A DNA stretch of 64,000 nt from Burkholderiales bacterium (GTDB lineage: Bacteria; Pseudomonadota; Gammaproteobacteria; Burkholderiales; SG8-39): positions 1,121 through 65,120 of the forward strand of contig JBBRAI010000012.1 in assembly GCA_038206915.1 (NCBI GenBank), written 5' to 3'. Below, piece by piece: positions 39,959 to 50,258 of the stretch. Under the pieces are notes generated by a model. It was not told the DNA's origin. It was given only the letters and a program-made list of their open reading frames with translations, and searched no databases. Numbering within the stretch: the first letter of the stretch is position 1; each line of letters opens with the position of its first letter. A program made the position numbers and the translations under genes.

Positions 39959-40849
39959 CTATTTCGGATGGAGCATGCGTCCCGCTACGGCATCCAAGCG
40001 CCGCAGCATCTCCGGGTCACGCGCCTCGGGCGCGGTGATCAGCGCGTGCTCGAGCGCACGGCGGCAACTGCAATCCGCCGCCGCCGCGTCCCGCGCCAGC
40101 AGCGGCGCCGCTTGCTTCACCAGCGAACGCGCTTTTTCCGCATTGGCGAGCAGCACCTTGATGATCGCCTCCACCGTGACGTCGTCGTGATGCGGGTGCC
40201 AGCAATCGTAGTCAGTGACCATTGCGACGGTCGCGTAGCACATCTCGGCCTCGCGCGCGAGTTTAGCCTCGGGCATGTTGGTCATGCCGATCACGTCGCA
40301 GTTCCAGGTGCGGTACATCTCGGACTCGGCCAGACTGGAGAACTGCGGTCCCTCCATCACCAGATAGGTGCCGCCGCGCGCCGTTTCGATGCCGGCTGCG
40401 CGCGCCGCCGCCTCGAGGTGATCGCCCAGGCGGCTGCACACCGGACGCGCCATGGAAACGTGTGCCACCATGCCGGTGCCGAAAAAACTTTTCGCGCGCG
40501 CGAATGTCCGGTCGATGAACTGGTCCGCGATGACGAACATGCCCGGATGCAGGTGCTCGCGCAGCGATCCCACCGCACTCACCGACACGACATCGGTCAC
40601 GCCGAGGCGCTTCAGGGCGTCGATATTGGCGCGAAAATTGATTTCGGAAGGCGGAATCCGGTGGCCGCGGCCGTGTCGCGGCAGGAACACCATGGGCACG
40701 CCGTCGAGCTCGCCGCAGAGCATTTCGTCCGAAGGCTCGCCGAAGGGCGAGGCCACCTTCACCCAGCGCTTGCCGGCAAGGCCGTCGATGTCGTAGACGC
40801 CGCTGCCGCCGATAATGCCCAGCACCTGCTTTGCGTGGTTCGAGCGCAT
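39959..40849 (-). CDS. mtnP: S-methyl-5'-thioadenosine phosphorylase
   Basis: [41 protein letters not shown]. Confidence 0.92.
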   Translation of the reverse strand: MRSNHAKQVLGIIGGSGVYDIDGLAGKRWVKVASPFGEPSDEMLCGELDGVPMVFLPRHGRGHRIPPSEINFRANIDALKRLGVTDVVSVSAVGSLREHLHPGMFVIADQFIDRTFARAKSFFGTGMVAHVSMARPVCSRLGDHLEAAARAAGIETARGGTYLVMEGPQFSSLAESEMYRTWNCDVIGMTNMPEAKLAREAEMCYATVAMVTDYDCWHPHHDDVTVEAIIKVLLANAEKARSLVKQAAPLLARDAAAADCSCRRALEHALITAPEARDPEMLRRLDAVAGRMLHPK

Positions 40850-40981
40850 CGCCCCGTTCTCCGTTCACCAAACTTTATCGGCGCCTGCGGGCAGCGTGCA
40901 TCGTGCGCAGACCGCCTGTCGGCGTCGTGCTCGAACCAAAGCGACACTGCACAGGCGAATCCGGCTGGACCTGGTTCGGAT

Positions 40982-41057
40982 TGGTGCCGGGTAGAGGAGT
41001 CGAACCTCCGACCTTCGCATTACGAATGCGCTGCTCTACCAACTGAGCTAACCCGGC
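40982..41057 (-). tRNA. tRNA-Thr (anticodon CGT)
   Basis: The reverse complement GCCGGGTTAGCTCAGTTGGTAGAGCAGCGCATTCGTAATGCGAAGGTCGGAGGTTCGACTCCTCTACCCGGCACCA forms a cloverleaf with encoded CCA. Confidence 0.97.
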
Positions 41058-41196
41058 CGAGCTACATCAATGCGATCAGGCGATCCAGCGGAAGGGCACG
41101 ATTATATGCGCGGGCGCGCGGGCAAACAAGGCGCGCGCGGGAAGTCTTTCGCTAGCGCAAGCGGCGGAGCGCGCCGAGGCCGATCGCAGTCGCGGC

Positions 41197-41616
41197 TCAG
41201 TTTGCCGGGCGCGTGCGCACGATGATGTCGATGCCGGCTGTGACCATTCCGGGCGGCAGCGGCGGCAGGCCGTCCACGTGCACGCCCGCCGCGGCAATGT
41301 CGGTGATTTCGCCCGACACGACATCGTAGAAATGATGATGCTCGCTGGTGTTGGCGTCGTAGAACACTTTGTTCGGGTCAACGATCAGTTCGCGCACCAG
41401 ACCTTTGTCCAGAAACAGCTTGAGCGTGTTGTACACCGTGGCTTTCGAGGTCTCCGCGTAGCGCACATTGACCGCCGTCAGTATCTGGTCGGCGGACGGA
41501 TGCCAGCGCTTCTCGAACAAGACGAGTGCGATCTCGATGCGCTGATGCGTAGGCGTAACGCCGTGCGCGCGCAACAATTCGGTCACACTTTCCCGGGTGT
41601 TGAACTCTAAGCTCAT
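41197..41616 (-). CDS. Fur-family transcriptional regulator (Irr/PerR-like)
   Basis: T.QR..I, HPSAD, SKATVYNTL, HHHF; no CxxC. Confidence 0.85.
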   Translation of the reverse strand: MSLEFNTRESVTELLRAHGVTPTHQRIEIALVLFEKRWHPSADQILTAVNVRYAETSKATVYNTLKLFLDKGLVRELIVDPNKVFYDANTSEHHHFYDVVSGEITDIAAAGVHVDGLPPLPPGMVTAGIDIIVRTRPAN

Positions 41617-41648
41617 GTTTGCATGATATATTGAAATCTGGACTTTGT

Positions 41649-42338
41649 CTAATCTGGTTTTAGGCGGCCGTCGTCGTAGGTCACCTCAATGCGCATGATC
41701 GTTGCGACCGGCTGCCCGTTGCGCTCCCCCGGTGAGAAGCGCAGGTCCTTGAAGGTCGCAAGCGCGGTTCGTGTAAACAGCTCCGGCAGCTCGCTGTTTT
41801 CCACCGCGATGTCGGCGACCGCGCCGAATTGGTTGATCCATAGAGTCAATACTATTTTTCCCGAGGCGACGATCGGTTGGATTTGCGGCGCATCCAGTTC
41901 TGCGGCGTTGAGCGGCTGCGGCCGCCTGGTGAGCTGATCCGTGGTGTAGTACACAGGCGCGGCAAGCGGCAGCAGGTCGGCGCCTTCGGCACGCTGCGGC
42001 GGCGCAGGCTGGGGCGGACCGGGAACCCGCTGCTCGGGCGGCGGATTATCTTGCGGCGCCGCTGCGGCTGCAGCGCCGGCCGCGGCCACCTGGCGAACCG
42101 GCGCGCCCGCCCCAAGCAGCCTCGCGTCGAGCACAGGCGGCAACGGCCTGGGCGCCGCGGGCGCGAGCCGCGTTTCGCGCGTGCTCTTGCCCAGGTAGGG
42201 CAGGAACACCACCGCCGCATGCAGCAGGCCGGAGAGCGCGAGTGCAAGCAGCAGCCGCGACCGGGCCGAAGCGCTGAGGCCACGCCCGGCCAAAACCGGC
42301 CGCGCAGCCGCCTGCGCCGACATAATCTGACCGTTCAT
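41649..42338 (-). CDS. TonB-like protein (N-terminal TM with SxxxH, Pro-rich linker, TonB C-terminal domain)
   Basis: LALSGLLHAAVV; Pro-rich segment; G.IVL.L.I...G.V, FSPG.RNG.PV. Confidence 0.7.
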   Translation of the reverse strand: MNGQIMSAQAAARPVLAGRGLSASARSRLLLALALSGLLHAAVVFLPYLGKSTRETRLAPAAPRPLPPVLDARLLGAGAPVRQVAAAGAAAAAAPQDNPPPEQRVPGPPQPAPPQRAEGADLLPLAAPVYYTTDQLTRRPQPLNAAELDAPQIQPIVASGKIVLTLWINQFGAVADIAVENSELPELFTRTALATFKDLRFSPGERNGQPVATIMRIEVTYDDGRLKPD

Positions 42339-42473
42339 GCCGGATAAGCAACCGTATGTCGCAGGAACTTTACCAATGCCGCCATCGGACTATTATTCCA
42401 GCATCGAACGCTGATTACCGCGCTGAATTTCGACATCACACGTTTGCGCCACACTTAAGGGGAGAGGCTGTCC

Positions 42474-42905
42474 ATGAAGAAACAGAGCGGATTCACGCTG
42501 ATCGAACTGATGATGGCACTGGTCGTCGTAGGCATTCTTACGGCGGTTGCGCTGCCTTCCTATACCAAGTACATCGTCCGCAGCAGAGTCCCCGACGCAA
42601 CTTCGAATCTTGCCACCAAGCGGGTGCAGATGGAGCAGTGGTTTCAGGACAATCGCACCTATGTAGGCGCGACGGCCTGCAACGCCGACACCACCAGCAG
42701 CAAGTATTTCGATTTTTCCTGCCCGGTGCAGACCGCAACGACCTACACCCTGCAGGCGGCGGGCAAGAGCACGATGGCGGGCTTCACCTATGCCGTCGAT
42801 CAGAGCAACGTCAAGACCTCCGCTTTCGCCTCGCCGGCGCCGTCCGGATGGGCGGCGGCGACGCCGAACAATTGCTGGGTTACCAATGTGGGCGGGGCGT
42901 GCTAG
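42474..42905 (+). CDS. pilE: Type IV minor pilin PilE-like
   Basis: G|FTLIELM, ALPSY..Y, ME.WFQDNRTY, YTL.A. Confidence 0.85.
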   Translation: MKKQSGFTLIELMMALVVVGILTAVALPSYTKYIVRSRVPDATSNLATKRVQMEQWFQDNRTYVGATACNADTTSSKYFDFSCPVQTATTYTLQAAGKSTMAGFTYAVDQSNVKTSAFASPAPSGWAAATPNNCWVTNVGGAC

Positions 42906-43531
42906 ACAGGCTGCACGCGCGCAGGGGCATGACCTTGATCGAGCTCATGGTCGGGGTCGCGATCGTCGCGATCCTGTTCGCCCTCTCCGCACCCAGCTTC
43001 AGCACCTGGATCCAGAACACCCACATCCGCACCGCGGCCGAAGCCGTGCAGAACGGCTTGCTGATGGCGCGCGCGGAAGCGGTGCGGCGCAACGCCCCGG
43101 TGCGCTTCCAACTCACCGACACTCTGGACAACAGCTGCGCACTATCGACCTCCGGCACCAACTGGGTGGTAAGCCAGGACAATCCCTCGGGCGCCTGCGC
43201 GAGCGCGATCGCCGATCCCTCGGATCCCGCCCCGGCCGCGCCGCGCATCATCCAGACGCGCTCCGGCGCGGAAGGATCGAAGAACGCGCTGTTGTCTGCG
43301 ACGCAGTCGAGCCTGATTTTCAACGGCCTGGGACGCGTGACGCCGGTCCCGGCCGGTAACGTCGACTTCAGCATCAGCAATCCGATCGGCGGCAATTGCG
43401 TCAGCCAGGGCGGCCTGATGCGCTGCCTGCGCATCAACACCACGCCGGCCGGACTGGTGCGCATGTGCGACCCGATGTTCCCCGCCACCGATCCCCAAGG
43501 CTGCCCGCCATGCCCAACCTGCCCGTTCTGA
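42899..43531 (+). CDS. Type IV minor pilin FimT/FimU (GspH-like)
   Basis: GTG start; RG|MTLIELMV, PSF..W, ARAEAVRRN, FNGLGR. Confidence 0.85.
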   Translation: MLDRLHARRGMTLIELMVGVAIVAILFALSAPSFSTWIQNTHIRTAAEAVQNGLLMARAEAVRRNAPVRFQLTDTLDNSCALSTSGTNWVVSQDNPSGACASAIADPSDPAPAAPRIIQTRSGAEGSKNALLSATQSSLIFNGLGRVTPVPAGNVDFSISNPIGGNCVSQGGLMRCLRINTTPAGLVRMCDPMFPATDPQGCPPCPTCPF

Positions 43532-43533
43532 AC

Positions 43534-43977
43534 ATGCACATGCGCGCGCGCAATCCCGTCCGCCAGGCCGGCTCGATGCTGCTGGAATCCTTCATTGCCA
43601 TTCTGATTTTCTCCATGGGCATCCTTGCGATCGTCGGCATGCAGGCCTCGGCGGTGAAGAGCGCGACCGACGCCAAGTACCGCTCCGAGGCCAGCCTGCT
43701 GGCGAACCAGCTGCTCGGCCAGATGTGGGTGAGCAATCGCACGCCGGCTACGCTGCTGCAGGCCAACTTCCAGGGTGGGGCCGGCACCGACAGCGTCGCC
43801 TACACCGCCTGGTACTCGGAAGTTCAGGCGACTTTGCCCGGGTCCAACGCGAATCCGCCCACCGTGGTCGTCAACCCCGCGAATGGCCTGGTGACCGTCA
43901 CAGTGCTCTGGAAGGCGCCGAATGAAGCCACCGCGGACCCCGCGCACCGGTTCACGGTCGTCGCGCAGATCGACTAG
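43534..43977 (+). CDS. pilV: Type IV minor pilin PilV
   Basis: QAG|SMLLE..IAILIFSMGILAIVGMQ, V.V.W; start uncertain (43510-43540). Confidence 0.82.
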   Translation: MHMRARNPVRQAGSMLLESFIAILIFSMGILAIVGMQASAVKSATDAKYRSEASLLANQLLGQMWVSNRTPATLLQANFQGGAGTDSVAYTAWYSEVQATLPGSNANPPTVVVNPANGLVTVTVLWKAPNEATADPAHRFTVVAQID

Positions 43978-43986
43978 GAGGCCGTC

Positions 43987-45144
43987 TTGAACCGGATCGC
44001 GCCCTCCCGCACCGCCCGCCGCGCAGCCGCCGGCTTCAGCCTGGTGGAAATCATGGTCGGCATGGTCATCGGCATGCTCGGCATCATCATCATGATGCAG
44101 GTATTCACGCTGTCTGAGAGCCAGAAGCGCAGCACCACCGGTGGCGGCGACGCGCAAAGCAGCGGCGCGATCGCGCTGTTCGGGCTGCAGCGCGATCTCC
44201 GCCAGGCCGGCTACGGCGTAAGCGCCCCGAATCTGGTCGGCTGCAACCTGCTGCTGCGCGCCGGCGTGACTCTGAATTCGCTCGCGCCGCTGACCATCAA
44301 CCATGCCAGCATCACCGGGCAGGATGCGAACACCGACACGCTGCTGCTGGTCTACGGCAACACCAACGGTTCGCCGCAGGGCGACGGCATCGTGGCGCAG
44401 CCCGCGACCGCCGGAGGGGCGGTTGCGCCGGACATCTATGCGGCGCAGACCCCGACCTCGTTCGTCACCGCGGACCAGATCGTCGCCACGCCACAGAACC
44501 GCGCCTCACCCTGCAATCTGAGCCTGACCAGCGTCGCTGCAGTCGGCGTCGCCAGCCCGGCCAACGTGACGGTGACCGCGGGAACCGGTGTCGCCTCCAT
44601 GAGCAACGGCACGCTGTTCAATCTCGGCCAGGCGCCGCGCGTGCTCGCCTACGCCATCCGCGGCGGCAATCTGACGCAATGCGACTACCTGGTGAATAAC
44701 TGCGGCAACGCGGCGAACAACAACAATACCGCGATCTGGGTGCCGATTTCGAACAACATCGTCAGCCTCAGAGCCGAGTACGGACGCGACACCAATACGC
44801 CGATGGACGGATTCGTCGACCTGTTCGACACCACCGCGCCGGCCAACGCCTGCGACTGGGTGAAGGTCTCCGGCGTGCGCATCGCGCTGGTCGCGCGCAA
44901 CGCCACATTCGAGAAGCCGGTTATTGTCGCGGGCGTCCCTACGTTCGTCACCACCACCGCCCCGGCCTGGGACGGCGACACGGTGAGCAATGCGGCGGCG
45001 GTGGCGGCCAACAACATCGATCTGACGCAGTCGAGCTTCGATACGGCAGCAAACGCCACCTGGCAGAACTATCGTTACCGGGTGCTGCAAACGGTGGTGC
45101 CGCTGCGCAATCTGGTATGGCAGGGAGTGCAAACGGGATGTTGA
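43987..45144 (+). CDS. pilW: Type IV minor pilin PilW
   Basis: G|FSLVEIMVGM, RDLRQAGY, V.LRN near the C-terminus. Confidence 0.85.
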   Translation: MNRIAPSRTARRAAAGFSLVEIMVGMVIGMLGIIIMMQVFTLSESQKRSTTGGGDAQSSGAIALFGLQRDLRQAGYGVSAPNLVGCNLLLRAGVTLNSLAPLTINHASITGQDANTDTLLLVYGNTNGSPQGDGIVAQPATAGGAVAPDIYAAQTPTSFVTADQIVATPQNRASPCNLSLTSVAAVGVASPANVTVTAGTGVASMSNGTLFNLGQAPRVLAYAIRGGNLTQCDYLVNNCGNAANNNNTAIWVPISNNIVSLRAEYGRDTNTPMDGFVDLFDTTAPANACDWVKVSGVRIALVARNATFEKPVIVAGVPTFVTTTAPAWDGDTVSNAAAVAANNIDLTQSSFDTAANATWQNYRYRVLQTVVPLRNLVWQGVQTGC

Positions 45145-45743
45145 GCAGAATGCAAATGCGGCCGGTCCGCGGCCGCGCGCGGCAGGCGGGCGTGGTGCTT
45201 ATGATGGCGCTGATCGTGCTGGTGGCGATGACGCTGGCCGGCATCGCCCTGGTGCGCTCGGTCGATACCAGCAATGTCATCGCGGGCAATCTTGCGTTCC
45301 AGCAGGCGGCGACCCATGCGGGGGATGCCGGCACCGAAGCCGCCGTGACCTGGCTGCAAACCAACAATACCGGCATCACGCTATATGCCAATATCCTCGG
45401 CCAGGGCTATGCGGCGTCGCGCCAGGACCCGGCCGCGGGCCAGAGCTGGGCGGATTACTGGAGCAACGTACTGGTTCCGGCGGGCCAGGTTGTGACGCTC
45501 GCGCCGGACGCCGCCGGCAATACCGTCGGCTACACCATCCAGCGCCTGTGTAACGCGGTCGGCGATCCTACCTCCGGCGTCGGCTGCGCGGTTACGCAGT
45601 CTGTCGGGGCCATGGCCTCCAGCAGCCGGACTGCCGGCACCGTGGCGCTGCTCTATGCCAGCCAGATTTACTACCGCGTCACCACGCGCATTGCGGGGCC
45701 GCGCAATACGGTCAGCTACGTGCAGACGATCGTAGCCCTTTAA
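45138..45743 (+). CDS. pilX: Type IV minor pilin PilX
   Basis: QAG|VVLMMALIVL (no E5), IAGN, YYRVT. Confidence 0.85.
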   Translation: MLSRMQMRPVRGRARQAGVVLMMALIVLVAMTLAGIALVRSVDTSNVIAGNLAFQQAATHAGDAGTEAAVTWLQTNNTGITLYANILGQGYAASRQDPAAGQSWADYWSNVLVPAGQVVTLAPDAAGNTVGYTIQRLCNAVGDPTSGVGCAVTQSVGAMASSSRTAGTVALLYASQIYYRVTTRIAGPRNTVSYVQTIVAL

Positions 45744-45781
45744 GCCAACCGCTGTCATCGAATAAGCGCAGGGAGCAAACC

Positions 45782-48700
45782 ATGAAACGAACCATCCTCG
45801 GATACATCGGCCACGCGTTGATATTGCTGCTGTTCGCCGCTGCCGGCGCGCACGCCGCGTCCACCGATCTCGCGAATTCGCCGCTGGTAACCTCCGCGTC
45901 GTCGTCGGTGCGGCCCAACCTGATGTTCGTGCTGGACGATTCGGGCAGCATGGGCTGGGATTTTCTGCCGGACTGGGCCAACACCAGCGACGATACGCTG
46001 TTCCGCAACAACACCTATAACGGCGTCGCCTACAACCCGGCGGTGACCTACAGCCCGCCCGTGTATTACAACTCCGACGGCACGGTCAACACCACCGCCT
46101 ATAAGAGCATGACCGCGGGCAATACTTCGAACTGGACCAGCGTGAAGAACGACGGCTATGGCGTGCAGTCCGGCAGCAACAGCAACCTCGTCGGCAACGC
46201 CTTTTTCTACACCTTCGTCGCGGGCGAGTACTGCGACAAGCCCAACCTGAAGACCTGCGTGACCCAAGCGGCGCCGAGCAACGCCTACCCCTACCCGGCG
46301 ACGCTGCGCTGGTGCACCACCAGCGCCCTGACTTCCTGCCAGGCGGTGCGCGTCGATTCCGGCAGCACCACCTACACCTTTGCGCGCTACCCGATCGCCT
46401 CCACCACCATAGTCGTCAGCGGCAGCAGCAGCACCTCGGTCACCGGCATAACGGTAAACGGCGTGCAGATCCTGAGCAGCGGCACCGGCAGCACCACCAG
46501 TTCCAGCACGCTCGCCAGCTCTATTGCAAGCAACGTCGGCCTGGCAGGCTTCAGCGCCACGCGGAGCGGCAGCACGGTCACCATCACCGGCCCAACCACG
46601 GCGATCGGCAACACCCCGGTCATTACCAAGAGCGGCACCATGACGCTTACCCCGGCCGCGTTCGCCAGCGCGGTGCCGGGCTCCAACCTGTTCACCAACA
46701 TTGTTTCCGGCAACAACAGCTACCCCTATCCCGGCGCCGTGGCCAAGGCGACCACGCGCTCCGACTGCACCGGCACCACGTGCACCTACGCCGAGGCAAT
46801 GACGAACTACGCGAACTGGTGGGCCTATTACCACACCCGCATGCAAATGATGAAGACCTCCGCCAGCCTTGCGTTCCAGTCGGTGGGCTCGAACTACCGC
46901 GTAGGCTATGCGACCCTCAACAACAACCAGGGCAACGCGTTCATCAACCTGGGAACCTTCGACAACACGCAGAAGCTGGCCTGGTACAACAAGTTCTTCG
47001 CCGCCGTTCCGAACAATTCGACGCCGCTGCGCGCGACGCTGTCGGAAATCGGCCGGATCTACGCCGGCAAGTACAACGGCAGCAGTTACAACGGCGTCAC
47101 CGTGACTGACCCGATGCAGTATTCCTGTCAGCAGAACTTCACCATCCTGTCCACCGACGGCTACTGGAACGAGGGTTCGGGCTTCTATCAGCTGAACGGA
47201 AGCACCAATGTCGGCAACCAGGACAGCGTAGAACCGCGGCCGTTCAACGACGGCGGCGGCAGCGTGATCACGCAGGTGACGCCCAGCATTACTGTGGTGC
47301 AAACCCAGACCGCCACCGATCAGACCATTACCACCCAATGGCAGCGGTACGTCTACACGCAGGGCGCCGGCGGCAGTGCCGACGGTTGCAACAATGCTAG
47401 CAAACACGATATCTTCCGACAACAGCAGAGGTACACGGAAACGAAGACGACCACAGTCACCTCCGTCAATAATGCAACTACAACCTCCACGCGCACGGTG
47501 ATTACAAGCAACGGCGTGGTGACTTCCGACACCACCGCCACCAACACCAACAACTCGATCGTCAGCAACAATACCGTCGTCAACAGCGACAGCCCTCCGG
47601 CCTGGGCCAACTTCGGAACCAACACAGTCTCAAGTAACTGCACCACCAGCGGGCTGCCCAGTCCCAACCCGAGCAGTCCGTCGGTGGTCACCACGAACAC
47701 CCTGACCACCTCGGGCCCCACCACCACGGTCGTGTCGACCACCGGACCGACTACCGGCGCCACCACCACGACCACTACGTCGACCGGTGGCACCTCGAAC
47801 ACCCTGTCCGACGTATCGGAGTACTTCTACACCAACGACCTGCGCACCGCGGCGCTTGGCAACTGCACCGGCTCGCCGATCCCGCCTGCCGTCGCCGGAC
47901 TGGACGTGTGCACCGACGACGTACCGCAAAGCGGCCTGGACGGCGCTTCCTGGCAGCACATGACCACCTTTACCCTGGGCCTGGGCGCATCCGGCTTCAT
48001 GCAATTCGGGACGAACTACGCGAACGCCTCCAGCGGCGATTTCTTCGACGTCAAGAACGGCACTACCGCGAACCCGGCCGGCGGCATCTGCAGCTGGCAA
48101 TCCAGCGGCGCCTGCAACTGGCCGGCTCCGGTGAGCAACGAGCAGACCACCATCGACGACCTGTGGCACGCCGCTGTAAACGGGCGCGGCACCTACTTCA
48201 GCGCCACCAATCCGGCTTCACTCAACTCCGGGCTCTCGAGCGCGCTGGCCGGGGTGAGCGCGCGTACCGGCTCCTCGGCCGCAGCGACCACCAGCAACCC
48301 GAACGTGACCTCGGGCGACAACTTCGTGTTCAGCTCGACCTTCACCACCAATACCTGGGACGGCGAACTGGTGCGCCAGCAGCTCGACCTGGTGACCGGC
48401 GTGGTGTCCAATACCGTCGACTGGTCGGCGCGGGACCAGCTCGACGCCAATGCGTCGCGCGTGCTCTATACCTTCGACGGCGCCGCCGGGAATAAACTCA
48501 AGACCTTCAACTGGGCGTCGCTGAGCGTGGCGCAGCAGGCCTACTTCAGCCTGCCGGCCATTTCCCCGCTGTCGCAATTCTGCGTCAGCGGCGCCACCTG
48601 CCTTTCCGCCGCCGACCAGACCGCGGCGTCCGGGCAGCCGGTGGTGGATTTCCTCCGGGGCGACCGCACGAACGAAGGCGTTTCGACCGACATCTCCAAG

Positions 48701-50185
48701 TATTTCCGCGCACGCGGCCACATCCTGGGCGACATCGTGAACGCGGAAGCGGTGTACGTGAAGAAGCCGCTCTACAACTACGCCGACGCGGGCTACAGCG
48801 CGTACATCAACGTTGCGCGCCAGGGCATGGTCTACGCCGCCGGCAACGACGGCATGTTGCACGCGTTCAACGCCACCACCGGCGCCGAGTCCTGGGCATA
48901 CGTCCCGACCCTGGTCATGCCCAATCTGTACAAACTCGCCGACAAGAACTATTCGGCTAACCACCGCTATTTCGTCGACGGCACGCCGGTCTCCGGCGAC
49001 GTGTACTTCGGCGGCACCTGGCATACCATCGTGGTCGGCGGCATGAACGCCGGCGGCCGCGGCTACTATGCGCTCGACGTCACCACTCCGGCGTCGCCCG
49101 TGGCCCTGTGGGAATACACCGAAGCAAACATGGGCTACACCTACGGCAATCCGACGATCACCAAGCTCGCGGACGGCACCTGGGTGGTGCTGGTGACTTC
49201 GGGCTACAACAATGTTCCCGATACAGCCAGCGTCACAGGCGACGGCGTAGGCCGCCTGTACGTGCTCAATGCCAGCACCGGCGCGCTGATCCGCTCTATC
49301 AGCACCGGCGTGGGCAGCACCACCACGCCGAGCGGGCTCGCGCGCGTCAGCGCCTGGGTCACCAACGCGACGTCCGATAACACCGCCCTGCGCGCCTACG
49401 GCGGCGACCTGCTCGGCAACATGTGGCGCTTCGACATCAACGGCAACGTGGGCGCGGCCGGCTACGACGCGCAGAAGATGGTGACGGCCTATGCCAACTC
49501 GGCGGGCACGATAACCCAGCCCATCACCACCCGTCCCGAGCTCGGCGACGTCGCCGGCGTCGCAGTGGTGTACTTCGGCACCGGCCGCTTCCTCGGCGTC
49601 GTCGACCTGACCGACACCACGCTGCAGACGTTCTACGCGGTCAAGGACACGCTGGGCACGACCACCTACACCAATCCCCAGGCCTCGGGATCCAACTTCG
49701 TGCAACAGGTCGTGAGCAACACCACCTGCCCCGCCGGCTCGCCCGCGACTATCTGCACCCTGGGCCAGTCGGTGCGCACCAGCACCAGCAACACGGTGAA
49801 TTTCGCCACCAACAACGGCTGGTACGTGAACCTGCCGGATTCGGGAGAACGCGCCAACACCGACCCGAACCTGGCGCTGGGGACGCTCGGCTTCACCACG
49901 AACGTCCCGAACACCAGCGCCTGCACCGCGGGCGGCTACAGCTATCGCTACGTGCTCGACTATCGTACCGGAGCGCCGGTGTCCACCTCGACCACGGGGG
50001 TGAGTGCGATCAAGCTCGGCAATGCGCTGTCAACGCGCGGTGTGTTCGTGCGCCTGCCGAACAATACGGTGGTGCAACTGACGCGGCTGTCCGACGGCAC
50101 CACCATGACCACCAACGTACCCATAGGCGCGGGCGTCGCGCCGGTGCGCCGCGTCTCCTGGCGCGAACTGATCCAGGATCAGTAG
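45782..50185 (+). CDS. pilY1: PilY1/PilC adhesin (vWA domain plus beta-propeller)
   Basis: Signal peptide; PNLMFVLDDSGSM, LSTDG, LGDIVN, NDGMLHAF, YFVDG, GD..GN.WRFD, RVSWREL. Confidence 0.92.
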   Translation: MKRTILGYIGHALILLLFAAAGAHAASTDLANSPLVTSASSSVRPNLMFVLDDSGSMGWDFLPDWANTSDDTLFRNNTYNGVAYNPAVTYSPPVYYNSDGTVNTTAYKSMTAGNTSNWTSVKNDGYGVQSGSNSNLVGNAFFYTFVAGEYCDKPNLKTCVTQAAPSNAYPYPATLRWCTTSALTSCQAVRVDSGSTTYTFARYPIASTTIVVSGSSSTSVTGITVNGVQILSSGTGSTTSSSTLASSIASNVGLAGFSATRSGSTVTITGPTTAIGNTPVITKSGTMTLTPAAFASAVPGSNLFTNIVSGNNSYPYPGAVAKATTRSDCTGTTCTYAEAMTNYANWWAYYHTRMQMMKTSASLAFQSVGSNYRVGYATLNNNQGNAFINLGTFDNTQKLAWYNKFFAAVPNNSTPLRATLSEIGRIYAGKYNGSSYNGVTVTDPMQYSCQQNFTILSTDGYWNEGSGFYQLNGSTNVGNQDSVEPRPFNDGGGSVITQVTPSITVVQTQTATDQTITTQWQRYVYTQGAGGSADGCNNASKHDIFRQQQRYTETKTTTVTSVNNATTTSTRTVITSNGVVTSDTTATNTNNSIVSNNTVVNSDSPPAWANFGTNTVSSNCTTSGLPSPNPSSPSVVTTNTLTTSGPTTTVVSTTGPTTGATTTTTTSTGGTSNTLSDVSEYFYTNDLRTAALGNCTGSPIPPAVAGLDVCTDDVPQSGLDGASWQHMTTFTLGLGASGFMQFGTNYANASSGDFFDVKNGTTANPAGGICSWQSSGACNWPAPVSNEQTTIDDLWHAAVNGRGTYFSATNPASLNSGLSSALAGVSARTGSSAAATTSNPNVTSGDNFVFSSTFTTNTWDGELVRQQLDLVTGVVSNTVDWSARDQLDANASRVLYTFDGAAGNKLKTFNWASLSVAQQAYFSLPAISPLSQFCVSGATCLSAADQTAASGQPVVDFLRGDRTNEGVSTDISKYFRARGHILGDIVNAEAVYVKKPLYNYADAGYSAYINVARQGMVYAAGNDGMLHAFNATTGAESWAYVPTLVMPNLYKLADKNYSANHRYFVDGTPVSGDVYFGGTWHTIVVGGMNAGGRGYYALDVTTPASPVALWEYTEANMGYTYGNPTITKLADGTWVVLVTSGYNNVPDTASVTGDGVGRLYVLNASTGALIRSISTGVGSTTTPSGLARVSAWVTNATSDNTALRAYGGDLLGNMWRFDINGNVGAAGYDAQKMVTAYANSAGTITQPITTRPELGDVAGVAVVYFGTGRFLGVVDLTDTTLQTFYAVKDTLGTTTYTNPQASGSNFVQQVVSNTTCPAGSPATICTLGQSVRTSTSNTVNFATNNGWYVNLPDSGERANTDPNLALGTLGFTTNVPNTSACTAGGYSYRYVLDYRTGAPVSTSTTGVSAIKLGNALSTRGVFVRLPNNTVVQLTRLSDGTTMTTNVPIGAGVAPVRRVSWRELIQDQ

Positions 50186-50258
50186 CGGACGGCCCCGGGG
50201 TTGCCGGGTATCACGGCACCCCGGGTCGCTTCCCGCCGGCCGGACTTTCCCGGCGCAA

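Noticed and set aside
40982..41057. tRNA-Thr as the integration site of a genomic island
   Set aside because: No integrase is present, I saw no duplicate of the tRNA 3' end, and the flanking genes (mtnP, apt) are housekeeping.
50190..50230. GC hairpin between the convergent pilY1 and ispH
   Set aside because: The stem is imperfect and has no U-tract; it may aid termination but is not supportable as a feature.
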